Source: a virus
Lineage: Duplodnaviria; Caudoviricetes
Virus record (IMG/VR): IMGVR_UViG_3300032897_000025
Span: 1-26,701 of that record
Direction: 5' to 3' (one strand)
Length of the DNA: 26,701 nucleotides
In this document: positions 16,821-26,100 of the stretch, one piece after another
How the letters are laid out: the number at the start of each line of letters is the position of its first letter
How positions within the stretch are numbered: position 1 is the first letter of the stretch
Program-made: the position numbers and the translations under genes
Notes under the pieces: model-generated
Told to the model about the DNA's origin: nothing
Database searches by the model: none
What the model saw: the letters and a program-made list of their open reading frames with translations, nothing else

Positions 16821-17726
16821 TTACTTACTGATTAACTCAGCAGGCTCAATCATTTCTGTTGAGCTCTCACCGTCTCCGGTGAGGTCGGACTCTATCTTAG
16901 TCTGGTTCCAGTTCCCACCTTCATGATATTTGCGAACATGGCGGCTGTAATTCGACGGCGCCCATCCACGCTTGCATATATCACACCAGATAGGATCTGG
17001 TTTCTTTCGCGGCTTTCCCCTGATGCCGTCGCCGATCGCCTTCTTATGCGATTCTGACAGCTTACGGCCAAATTTCGCAGCATTATAGCATTTCATGCCG
17101 CAAAAAATGTTCTTGCCACCTTTAACCGAAGAACGAGCGCGGAATACGGTTCCGCACTTTTCGCAGGCAAAATCTCGCCAGTCATCAGTCCAGTTTGGAT
17201 GATCAGGACCGGTAAACTTGGTCTTGATATCGTACACTGGGTCAACATCTGGCGTCAATCCACACGCATCAACGACTTCTTGGATGCACTTCATCGCGTC
17301 TGTATTTATCTGCGATCCCGTAAAGTGAAACATACGGAATCCAGCGTCCACGTGTGCTTTATCACGGATGGCCATATGATCTTGGCCACCGGGAAAGCTG
17401 TGATGAACGCCGTCGGCTTCGATGATAACTGGCGCCTGGTTAATGCAGATATCAACCACATATCGCTTAACGCAACGCCGCTGTGTCGTGAAACCGATGC
17501 CGAGTGATCGAAGAGCGTCGTGCAGCCTAAGCTCAATCGATGTGTTAGCGTGCGGTACGCCAGTTCGATGAACTGACACTGAGATGCCAGCGTCTCCAAG
17601 AACACGTCTTACGGTGATTCGACTGCGGTGAACATCAGCTGCGATACTCGCCAGCCCATCGCCAGCTTGGTATTTAGCGATGATAATTTGGCGTTCTTCT
17701 TCGCCAGGTGGTTTAGCGCGTGCCAC
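16821..17726 (-). CDS. Intron-encoded homing endonuclease: HTH + Vsr/DUF559-like nuclease + Zn ribbon + NUMOD3-like + C2H2
   Basis: TSIELRL...YVVDI......IIEADGVHH......RD.....G; CEKC...FCGMKC; KLSESHKKAIG; lower GC; leaderless GTG 17726. Confidence 0.85.
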   Translation of the reverse strand: MARAKPPGEEERQIIIAKYQAGDGLASIAADVHRSRITVRRVLGDAGISVSVHRTGVPHANTSIELRLHDALRSLGIGFTTQRRCVKRYVVDICINQAPVIIEADGVHHSFPGGQDHMAIRDKAHVDAGFRMFHFTGSQINTDAMKCIQEVVDACGLTPDVDPVYDIKTKFTGPDHPNWTDDWRDFACEKCGTVFRARSSVKGGKNIFCGMKCYNAAKFGRKLSESHKKAIGDGIRGKPRKKPDPIWCDICKRGWAPSNYSRHVRKYHEGGNWNQTKIESDLTGDGESSTEMIEPAELISK

Positions 17727-17733
17727 GTGACTG

Positions 17734-17742
17734 ATTATACCA
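17734..17742 (-). promoter_or_regulatory. Intron-internal extended -10 promoter for the endonuclease
   Basis: TGGTATAAT 7 nt before GTG 17726. Confidence 0.7.
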
Positions 17743-17938
17743 GACTCCACGTACAGAGTCTCTGAACCTTCCCGTCGCCTAAGCAGGCGGGCTCGGCTGC
17801 TGATTTTCCCTACCACTGCTTTCTCAAACCATCACGCTCAAGCTTTCGCTTCACGTTGTGGTAGCAGCGTCTAGCAGGATGTCCCAGCAATTCTCGTGGT
17901 TTTTACTCTCTCGTCACCGAAAGAGGGACCCGAAGTCC

Positions 17939-18142
17939 AGGTCCACTTCCGTCTGAGACCCAGACGGAGGCAGGTTCATCGGCCAATTGGTGGCCGACAT
18001 GGTTCCCGAGCTCTGGACGAGCTCTGGGATCGAGATGTCAACGACTCCCTGACCACCGGTCTGGGACCCGCTGATGCCCGTGAAGACCTTGGCTTGCCGC
18101 GACGTGCCCTGGCCGGCCGGGCGCGCAAGCTTGTTGCGGAAT
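17939..18142 (-). CDS. Major capsid protein, exon 2 (204 nt)
   Basis: A TTC CGC AAC AAG...GAA GTG GAC CT = (V)FRNKLARPAGQGTSRQAKVFTGISGS...QTEVD(L); GC3-rich and stop-free. Confidence 0.85.
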
Positions 18143-18381
18143 CGATCTTGTTACGCACTTGCGTGCGGGCAGGTCATTTCTTGTTCTGCCTGCCTCTGCA
18201 GGTTTGCCATCCCTGCAGTCCCGACTGTATCATCACCCGCGTGGGGTGTCGCGCGTGCAGTCTGTACGGACTCGCCTCTCCAGGAGGATTGCCTCGGTAT
18301 TGCCCGGTAAACTGGCGGGGTTCCACCGATACAGCGCGATGTTCACGCGTGAATTGCTTCACGCGGCCGCATTTTTATCAC
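18143..18381 (-). ncRNA. Group I intron 1 in MCP (239 nt, no ORF)
   Basis: P1 CCGU/GCGG with U-G pair; GUAUCGGUGGAA/GCAAUACCGAG; CGUACAGACUG and GAUACAGUCG (P7); terminal G. Confidence 0.88.
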
Positions 18382-18878
18382 ACGGTGTAGACTGGGTAGA
18401 TGAGCCGGCTCGGTGCGACGAGGTCGAACGGCACCAAACCGGACACAGTGCCGATGCCCAGTGACCCAGCCGTGAACGACTTCGCCACGTCCATGCCGCC
18501 CGGCAGAGAAGCGATCAGCTTCTGGATCTGCTCGGCCGGTGAGGGCGTCTCGAGAGCCGTCCGGAGGAAGCCGCGCTGGTTGAGGAAGTCCTGCGACATC
18601 CCCTTCACGACGCTCGGCCGGTCCGTCATCCCCTGGTAGATCGCCGTCCGGAGATCCAAGGTCGCCTGCGACGCCTTCATCAGGATCTGAGACGGGTCGG
18701 AGAGAGGCTGCGCGCCGCCCTCCGCGTAGGTGCAGCCCTTGACGAGGGACGGCATCCGGGCCTTGATGATGTCACCGGCGCCGTTGGCGCGGGTGGCTTC
18801 AGCCTGTGCCTCCCTCGCGGGCTGTGAGAGGTCGATGCCGGCGTAAGCCGCCGGGGTCGCCTCGAGTGTTGCCGCCAA
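18382..18878 (-). CDS. Major capsid protein, exon 1
   Basis: GGAAGGA RBS then TTG 18878; DVAKSFTAG resembles maturation sites of HK97/Twort-type MCPs; follows the protease gene; ends TAC ACC GT. Confidence 0.8.
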
Positions 18879-18928
18879 AGCGGTATTCCTTCCGGGAAAA
18901 TCGCGCGGAGCGCGCTCGCGTCCGGCCA

Positions 18929-18967
18929 TGGTGCTGGCCGGCAATGCTGTCTGGTGGTGGCCGGCAA
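18929..18967. repeat. 16-nt direct repeat upstream of MCP
   Basis: TGGTGCTGGCCGGCAA (18929-18944) and TGGTGGTGGCCGGCAA (18952-18967). Confidence 0.5.
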
Positions 18968-18992
18968 ATGGCAGTAGGAACGGTCTGAATTG

Positions 18993-21900
18993 TCACCCGA
19001 CACCCCGCAGCTGCAGGATACTCCGCCACGCTGCTTCACGCAACGCCGGGTCCGGAGAGCTCCGGAACTGGGCTTCCAGTTCCGTCATCATCATGGCCTT
19101 CGTGCGCTCCGCGACGTCCGCCATGGTTCCCCCCGGCACCGCCGGGGAAGCTTGCTTCTGCAGAAGAGATGCGCCGAGCGCCATTCCGCGGTAAGCGCTG
19201 ACATTCGGGTCAGGTTGCGACGCGATCTCGTCGAGAGCCTTCGCCTGCTTCTTCAGCACCTTGCTCTGCGACTTGACGAGCTCCTGCAGTTCAGCGACTT
19301 GCTGCGCCAGGATTGCCGTCATCGGGTCCGGTTCGGCGGCCGTCATCGCCTTCGTGATCTCCGGCTCGCGCGGCAGCAGTTCCTCGGCGAACGCTGCCTC
19401 TTTGCGGTCTGCCTGGCTCGCCTTGGCCAGCGACCGCGGCACCGGCACGCCGGCGAACGGCTCCACCGGCGCGGCTGCCTGCTTCTGCGCCGGCGCTTCG
19501 TGCTCGCCGTGCATCGGGCACAGGTCCGGGAACGTGGCCGCGACGTGGTCGTGAATGCCCTGCATCGCCTGCCGGACCTGCTCACGGCTCGAGTGAGAGT
19601 AGAACGTGCGGCTCTTGCTGACGTGGCCGCTGGCCGGCAGTGACGCGACGTGCGGCCGGCCGGGGATCGCACTGGCGAGTGATGAGCCGTTCGCCGCCTG
19701 AGCGCTGGCCAGCAGCCCGTTCGCGGTGACAGCAGCGTCGACCGCCTGTGACAGGCCGGGTGAGTTCGCCGGCGACGGCCGCTCGTGCCCATCAGTCAGC
19801 GCCCCGCGCGTGAAATCATCAGCACTGACCTGCCCGGAGAGCAGCGGCGTCGAATTCGGGCTGCCCTGCGCCGGGCTGGGAGCCGCATGCCCAGCGGAGA
19901 GGTACGGCCGGTTGAACTTGCCGGGAGTGACGGACGCCGGCGTCGGCGCGGTGCCCGGTCCCGGGTTCGCATCCGAGAACGCCTTGTGCATCAGATCGCG
20001 CTCGTCTTCAAGCCACTGCACCGGCACGCTCTTCAAGATCGTTGCCGCGGCGCCGAGCTGAGAGGCTCGTGCTGCCTGGTGGTATGGCAACGTCGCCGCG
20101 AGCTCCAAGCCCTTCTGCTGCCAGTACCCCTCATCGACCTCAGCGGCGAGTGACCGCTGTGGGTAGCACTTCGCGACAGCTGCCGAGGAGAACGCCGGGC
20201 AGGTCATGTCATGCAGGATGCCGAGGCTCGCCGGCACGCCTTTGGCGACGATCCGGCCGAGCGCCAAGCCGGCGAAGTCGCCCTTCAGCATCGGCTCCTC
20301 CAGCCTCGTCGGCTGGCTGCGCTCGGAAGCGCCGTCGTCATCCGGGACGTGTGAGTCGTCTTCATACGCTTCCATCATCGCTCCGTCCGGCTCGCGGTGC
20401 GGCGGGATCGGCTTCGCGTCGTTCGCCGAGCTGACCGTGTCGTCCGGCACGGCGCTCTTCTTCACGTTCACCGGGATAAGCTGGCGAGCTGGCGCATCAT
20501 TGATTTCCGTCTGGCCGAGTGAGTTTGCCGGCGTGAAACTGATGGTGTGTGTGCCTTCCAGGCGGCCAGGCTTGCCGGTCATCCGGTACGTCCGGCCTTC
20601 AGACTGCGGGTTACCGTGAATATCAGTCCGGATCACCTCATCGCCTGGCTTTACCTTGTGCTCACCGTTCGGTCCCACGTGAATCCACCCGTGGATGTAA
20701 CCGTGTGGGCCGCCCTCTCCGTGTGAGCTGGCCTTGGCAGCATCCGACTCTGCCACACTCTTCTTCACGCCAGTCTTCTCCGGCACGTCACCGCCGCCGG
20801 CCGGCGCACCGCAACTCGGGCAGAACTTGTGCTTGGCCTTCATCATGCCGCCGCACTTGCACATCATCTTGCCCTTGGCTTTCACGACCGGCGCTGGCGT
20901 GGTGGTCTTCTCTGCGTCGTCGTCTTCTGAATCGCCGTCGCCCGCGTCTTCTGAGCCACCGTCGTCATCGGCCTCATCAGCCTCATCCGGTGACGGCTTC
21001 TTGCGCTTCTCAACCGAATCATCGCTGTCAGCATCATCAGCGTCACCGTCTTGCATCGACCCATCGCCGTGGCAGCGCGGGCAGGTGACGTGGCCGTCGC
21101 GGATCTTGCCGATGCCGTGGCAGAGTGTGCAGGCGCTCTTCTCGATATCCGCCTCCGCGGCTTTCGTCACCTCAACGAGATGGAGAAGCGCGTCGTCGTC
21201 GAGCTGGTCGATCTGCTCCGGCGTCCACGCGTACTTGGTGGTAAGGTAAGCGCGAGCAGCCAGCTTCTCAGTTGCGTCGTCACCGTCCTGCCACGAGTCG
21301 GGGAGCTGGTCCACGTAATCCTGGCCTTTCCGGTGTGCGATGCGCTTGATATTGCGCTTCAGCGTTTCGGTGTCATAGTTGCCGTCGCCAGCTCGGCCCA
21401 GAGACGTCGCGGCGTCGGCGACGTCTCCCGGTGAGTGAATCGGGAACGACCGGTTCCGGCCGGCGAAATCACTGTCCGGCATCGCATCACGGTCAACGCC
21501 GCCCGGCGTCTTGTCTTCACCGACATTCGGGCTCTTCCGCTTCAGCGCCAGTACCTTTGCCAGGTCCGCGGGCGTGAACGCGACGCTCACGTCAGCGGGC
21601 AGTTCGAAACTGACCGTCTCCGGCTCCGCGAGTGCCGTCACGCTGCCTCCGCTCGTGGCTTTGCTGATGGCCCCGCCGCCGGCCATCTTCTCGATGTAGT
21701 CTTGACTGCCGGTAAGCTCACCGCTCAGCTCAGCGTGCCCGTCTTTCGCCGCTTTGACGAGCTGGATGCCACAGTTCTTGTTGGCCGGCCGGTCGACGAG
21801 TGAGATCTCGACGACCTGCCCGCCGGTGATCCGGCCACCGCGAGCGCCGGCGTCACGGGTGATCTGTGGCCGGGCGATGCCGACCGAGTAAGCGCGCAGC

Positions 21901-22229
21901 GCACCGCCGAGCACGAGCTTCTGAGCGACCGGCTCGATGATCTTGCTCTTAACCCAAGTACCACCGTGCTCATCAGTGTCCATGTCGATGCCGACGCCGG
22001 CTGGGTCGCGCTGTGGGTTGTGCTGCACGCGGACGTTGGCGCCGTCGCCGAGCCAGTCACGGATCGCCTTCGCGGCGAAGTCCGGGTCGATGATCTGCTC
22101 GTCGGAGTCGATGGAGCCGTCCGAGGCCTTACCGTAGACCAGGACGTTGCCGTCACCATCCGTCTCGGTCTTCGCGATCGGGAACGAGAAAAGCGTGAGC
22201 TCGCCGTCGCGGGTCAGTGTCGCCGCCAT
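18993..22229 (-). CDS. HK97-type prohead protease fused to accessory domains and scaffold-like C-terminus
   Basis: VYGKAS...D...IID, NVRVQH, AYSVG, EISLVDRPAN; then DUF6582-like DFAGRNRSFPIH, Zn fingers, acidic linkers, GYIHGW module, coiled coil. Confidence 0.88.
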   Translation of the reverse strand: MAATLTRDGELTLFSFPIAKTETDGDGNVLVYGKASDGSIDSDEQIIDPDFAAKAIRDWLGDGANVRVQHNPQRDPAGVGIDMDTDEHGGTWVKSKIIEPVAQKLVLGGALRAYSVGIARPQITRDAGARGGRITGGQVVEISLVDRPANKNCGIQLVKAAKDGHAELSGELTGSQDYIEKMAGGGAISKATSGGSVTALAEPETVSFELPADVSVAFTPADLAKVLALKRKSPNVGEDKTPGGVDRDAMPDSDFAGRNRSFPIHSPGDVADAATSLGRAGDGNYDTETLKRNIKRIAHRKGQDYVDQLPDSWQDGDDATEKLAARAYLTTKYAWTPEQIDQLDDDALLHLVEVTKAAEADIEKSACTLCHGIGKIRDGHVTCPRCHGDGSMQDGDADDADSDDSVEKRKKPSPDEADEADDDGGSEDAGDGDSEDDDAEKTTTPAPVVKAKGKMMCKCGGMMKAKHKFCPSCGAPAGGGDVPEKTGVKKSVAESDAAKASSHGEGGPHGYIHGWIHVGPNGEHKVKPGDEVIRTDIHGNPQSEGRTYRMTGKPGRLEGTHTISFTPANSLGQTEINDAPARQLIPVNVKKSAVPDDTVSSANDAKPIPPHREPDGAMMEAYEDDSHVPDDDGASERSQPTRLEEPMLKGDFAGLALGRIVAKGVPASLGILHDMTCPAFSSAAVAKCYPQRSLAAEVDEGYWQQKGLELAATLPYHQAARASQLGAAATILKSVPVQWLEDERDLMHKAFSDANPGPGTAPTPASVTPGKFNRPYLSAGHAAPSPAQGSPNSTPLLSGQVSADDFTRGALTDGHERPSPANSPGLSQAVDAAVTANGLLASAQAANGSSLASAIPGRPHVASLPASGHVSKSRTFYSHSSREQVRQAMQGIHDHVAATFPDLCPMHGEHEAPAQKQAAAPVEPFAGVPVPRSLAKASQADRKEAAFAEELLPREPEITKAMTAAEPDPMTAILAQQVAELQELVKSQSKVLKKQAKALDEIASQPDPNVSAYRGMALGASLLQKQASPAVPGGTMADVAERTKAMMMTELEAQFRSSPDPALREAAWRSILQLRGVG

Positions 22230-22250
22230 CCGGCGCCTCCTCGAGAAGCT

Positions 22251-22267
22251 TGTGGTATGATGAAATC
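22251..22267 (+). promoter_or_regulatory. Cassette promoter, leaderless variant
   Basis: TGTGGTATGAT-GAAATC-ATG. Confidence 0.75.
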
Positions 22268-22609
22268 ATGCCTCAGAAAGCCAGTCATCGCCGTCATGGC
22301 AAGAACCGGCAGAAGCACGCAAGACTGAAGAAAGCGAAGAAGATCGCCGAAGCGGTCTCATTGTCTTACCCGGCTAGGAAAACTGGCGCGATGGCGCAAG
22401 ATGAGGCACGGCAGCTACTGGAAAACGCGGCGACTGCCTTGAACGCTCTCGAAATCCACGGCGTCATCGTAAGCCTGCTGCCGGACGCCGTCGTCACCGA
22501 CTGGGGTTACGTCTTCCGGCTCTGGGATGATGGCCCCGTCTGGGAAACAAGATCACGGTCAGTGGCGCCATTTCCTGTGCCGGATGCGGTGCCGGGCGAA
22601 GAAGACTAG
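22268..22609 (+). CDS. Hypothetical protein with basic N-terminus
   Basis: ATG 6 nt after the -10; stop overlaps convergent stop (CTAG). Confidence 0.7.
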   Translation: MPQKASHRRHGKNRQKHARLKKAKKIAEAVSLSYPARKTGAMAQDEARQLLENAATALNALEIHGVIVSLLPDAVVTDWGYVFRLWDDGPVWETRSRSVAPFPVPDAVPGEED

Positions 22610-22908
22610 CCGGCGTGCTTCGCTCGCAGCGCTTCCCACTCAGCCAGCGCCTTGCCGGCGGCCGCCTGCACTTCCGGCGTTACCTTGCCTTTGCCGGCGG
22701 CCCAGCGCTTCATCGCGCTCACCGCCATGGCGATGGCACTCGACTCGTCGTGACCGGACCGGATGAGAGCATGACTCACGTTCTGGATGTACGCTGGGAG
22801 CTGGTCGGATTTACTGCCCCAGAGGCCGTGAGTTCCCAGCGGCTTATGAACTGTGGAGACGACCGGCGTCTCCGCTGACTTCTCAGCTGCTTTCGACGGC
22901 GGCGGCAT
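22606..22908 (-). CDS. Small head-module protein (LPAYIQNV.HAL...AIAMAV....RWA)
   Basis: Motif recognised from actinophage head-region proteins; AAGAGG is not on this strand, start inferred. Confidence 0.65.
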   Translation of the reverse strand: MPPPSKAAEKSAETPVVSTVHKPLGTHGLWGSKSDQLPAYIQNVSHALIRSGHDESSAIAMAVSAMKRWAAGKGKVTPEVQAAAGKALAEWEALRAKHAG

Positions 22909-23122
22909 CTGGATCACTCGACGCGAAGAGGTACCCATTCTGCCAGCCATCCAGCTCTCTCAGCGCCTGCTGAGCGCTGCCGGCCCGGCGCGTGAAGCTG
23001 TCGGCGATCTCCTGCATCGACTCATCACTGCCGCGCAAGTCATTGCCTTCGACCGTGATGATACCCAGCTTCGTGCCGCCGTATGTCTGGACGGTGACGC
23101 TACTTGGGGCGGTTGATGCCAT
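22883..23122 (-). CDS. Small hypothetical protein overlapping the kinase stop (candidate partner/immunity)
   Basis: ATG 23122 after GGGA, inside the last codons of the kinase gene. Confidence 0.6.
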   Translation of the reverse strand: MASTAPSSVTVQTYGGTKLGIITVEGNDLRGSDESMQEIADSFTRRAGSAQQALRELDGWQNGYLFASSDPDAAAVESS

Positions 23123-26100
23123 TATCGTCCCAGTTCTCCCACTTGGCAAGCTGCTTCATCATGTCGTCGTACTTGCGAGTGTTGCCGGTGATCTTCACGA
23201 ACTCCGGCTTCAGCGCTTCCAGGTTTTTCCGCACTTGCGCGTAGTATTCCGGTGTGAAATCTTTCTTCCGGACGAGCTTTGCCACGTAGCCGTCGCTGTA
23301 CCAACCTGGCCAGGCCAGCCCGTGGTCGATCGCATTCGGTATGCCGTCCTGGTCGATCATGTAGTTGCCGGCGTGCCGGTCGTTGTTCTTGATCAGGTGG
23401 TCGAGGAAACCGATCCGGCGCATCGCATCCGCAGCTTCCGCACTGCCACCACCATCGCGGCTCATGATGCGTTTAGCATTTTCATGCAGCTCTGACGCGG
23501 TCTTGCCGTTGACGAACGTCATGTAGACGGACTTCTTATCCAGTGGATCACGCACGACCACCGGCGCTCTGGCGCCGAGTGCGTGAGCGACGAGTGACGC
23601 CAGCTCTTCGTTGTCACTCTCACCCTCATTACCGGACACCGGCTTCTTGTGCACCCACCGGCTGCCGTCGTTGAACGTGATGAGGTTCGTCTCACCCATG
23701 ATTCCTCGTACGTTCGGCGATTTCTTCGCTTTGACACCGGACTTGATCCCGGCTGCCAGCTGATTCCGGATCTCAGCTCGCTTCCGCTGGAGATCGCCCA
23801 GCATCCCTTCTCCGAGAGCACTGCCGGGAACCGCTTCCGGCTCACCCGCGTTGAAGCCGGCAATTGCCCGGGCCATTCTCTCGTTGTCAACGGCTTTGTA
23901 AAGGCTGCTGATGTCTTTCTTGAACGGCTTCATCAAGCCTTCGGAATCAGCGTGGCGCTCTGCTTGCTGCAGGCTGTCGGCAGCGTCGCTGAACCTGCCT
24001 TCTTTCAGCGCGGCAGCTGCGTCACTGACCTTGCGAGAAACGCGGCTGAACGCATCCGCATGCGCGATCGCCGCGTTCAGGCTGTCAGCACGGTCAGTGA
24101 GCGGCAGGCCGGCGAGGTCTTTCTCATTCAGCTTCTCGAGATCCCTGTTTTTCTGGTTGAGAAGCTTTCGAGCCGCTGAAATCAGCGTCTTCTGGTCACC
24201 CCACGCCCAGCCTTGCTGCTGTCGAGCCCGGTCGTCCAGAGACCGGATGTCGCGGATGACGTCTGCGGCGTGACCGGCTCGAAGTTTGCCGGCGACCGCT
24301 TCGTCGTCTTTGAGGTACTCGTGCCGCTCTCTCAGCCTGATGTGCTCAGCGATGTTTCTCGCCGCGTTGCCGATCGCCGCAGCGTGCTCATCGGCATGCG
24401 TGATAGACCGAGCCTGAAGTGGTTCATGCCCTTGATGCTCTGCGATGATCTCATGTGCCATCGCGAGCCGGTCGCGTGCCTGCCTGGTTTCCTGGTTACC
24501 CGGCCGCAGTACCTCAACGGCGGCGTGAGCCCCTTCAAGATGCCGAGCGGCACTCTCATGGTCTTTGGCGGCAACAGCGGCTTTCGCCGCGGCAGCCAGA
24601 TGACCGGCGTGCCATCCGGCAATTGCCGGCATCGCGGCGTCAATGTGAGCGGTTACCGCCTCGGCCTTCGCCTTCGGCAGGTTCCTGGCTCTTGCCGGCT
24701 TCGGTGCAGCTGGTTCCGGTACAGCAGCGGGGACGGCAGGCTCCGGTTGCGGGATCTCAGTTTTCGGCAGGTTGCTCCGGCCGAGGCGCTGAGCGATCAG
24801 ATCATGAGCGATGCGAATGTGCTGGTAGGCCGCGTCAGCGCCACTTTCTTTCGCTGATGCGGCAGCTCGCTTCAGTCTGCGATGTGCCGCTTCGAAGTCA
24901 CCGCTGTTGATGGCTCTCGCGGCGTTCTCGAGAGTAAGACGGTCAGCTGTCTTCAGCCTGTGGTCGGCGAGAGCGATGGCGATGGCTGCCTTCTCGGCTC
25001 TGCCTTCCACTCTCCCTGGCAGCGGCTTCGGCGCAAGTGACGCCGCCAGCGCCGGCACCGGTTCTCCGGCTTTGAGAGCTGTGCGCAGCTGGTTAACCCG
25101 GTCTGCGGCTTTCGTCTCACCGTTGGCTCTAAGTGCTATTTCAGCGCTCTTAAGCCGCCCTATTGCCCATGCCTTGTTGTTTGCGTACGCTTGAGGATCC
25201 GGATCACTTAGCCGGCTGATCGCGAGGTCTAGCTGACGATGAGCTTCGAAGTTCTCGAGTGGAGGAACGCCGTCTTTAATTTCCTGGACTGCGTCTTTGT
25301 AATCGCTCAGCTTCGGCTTGCCGGATGCTGCCGGCAACGGCTTCGGCGCTTCCTCCGGCTTCACGTCAGCCAGGCGAGGCAGCATCTCTTTGCCGAGATG
25401 CCGAGCTACGGCGTCATGAGCGACCCTGAGGCGCCTGTATGCGCTATCGGCGCCATCTTTGCGTGCGACGTCTGCGGCTTCTTTAAGCCGGTCGAACGCT
25501 TGCTCAACCGCATCTCGCTCGATGCGCCTCTTCGCCGACTTCAAGTACAGCTGGCCTTGCGCGCTGAGCTTCGAATCTTCCAGAGCTCGGTCGATGGCGT
25601 CAACGGCAAAGCGCTTCGCTGCTGCATTCATCGGCCTGATGGCCGGCTCAGCTGCTGCTGCTTCAGCAGCTTGAACCGGCTCCGGAGCAAGAGGCGCCGG
25701 CATCTCCGGCCGGTTAAGCTCATCAACAGCGACCGGCAGCTTAGCCGCACCAGCATGCGTTGCTATGATGTCGTGCGCAAGCCGCACCGTAAGCGGCACT
25801 CGACGGCCATTCGCATTGTAAACGCCAGCCGCGTTCTTAAGATGCTTGAGTGCGCTCGGGTAATCGCCGACTTGCATGGCGAGCCGAGCACTGCTGACGG
25901 CGTCTTTGGCGGCACGAGGCGCTTCCCGGTCGGTCAGCACGGCTCTTATCTGCCGGTCAGCCTCATCTTCAGCGGCAGGACTCAGCCTGGCGTTCACCGG
26001 CGCGGCTGGTGCCGGTTCAGGGACCTTCGGCATGATATCGGCAAGAGCGGCCGGCTGCGGTGAACCGGGAGCATTCACGGCTTTCGGAGCGTTGAGAACG

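Larger units (their letters stand above)
16814..17938 (-). ncRNA. Group I intron 2 in MCP (1125 nt, carries homing endonuclease)
   Basis: P1 GGACCU/GGGUCC; canonical P AAUUGCUGGGA, Q AAUCAGCAG, R GUUCAGAGACU, S AAGAUAGAGUCC; terminal G. Confidence 0.92.

Noticed and set aside
17727-17816. Upstream start for the intron endonuclease
   Set aside because: This stretch is ribozyme core (Q and R elements), and a promoter sits just before GTG 17726.
16814-18381. Group II intron, intein or retroelement/DGR explanation
   Set aside because: No reverse transcriptase, no GUGYG...AY ends, and the inserts contain stops, so they are not inteins.
15420-18944. MCP as a fragmented pseudogene or as two separate genes
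   Set aside because: Group I intron signatures at each break, and exact frame restoration on splicing.
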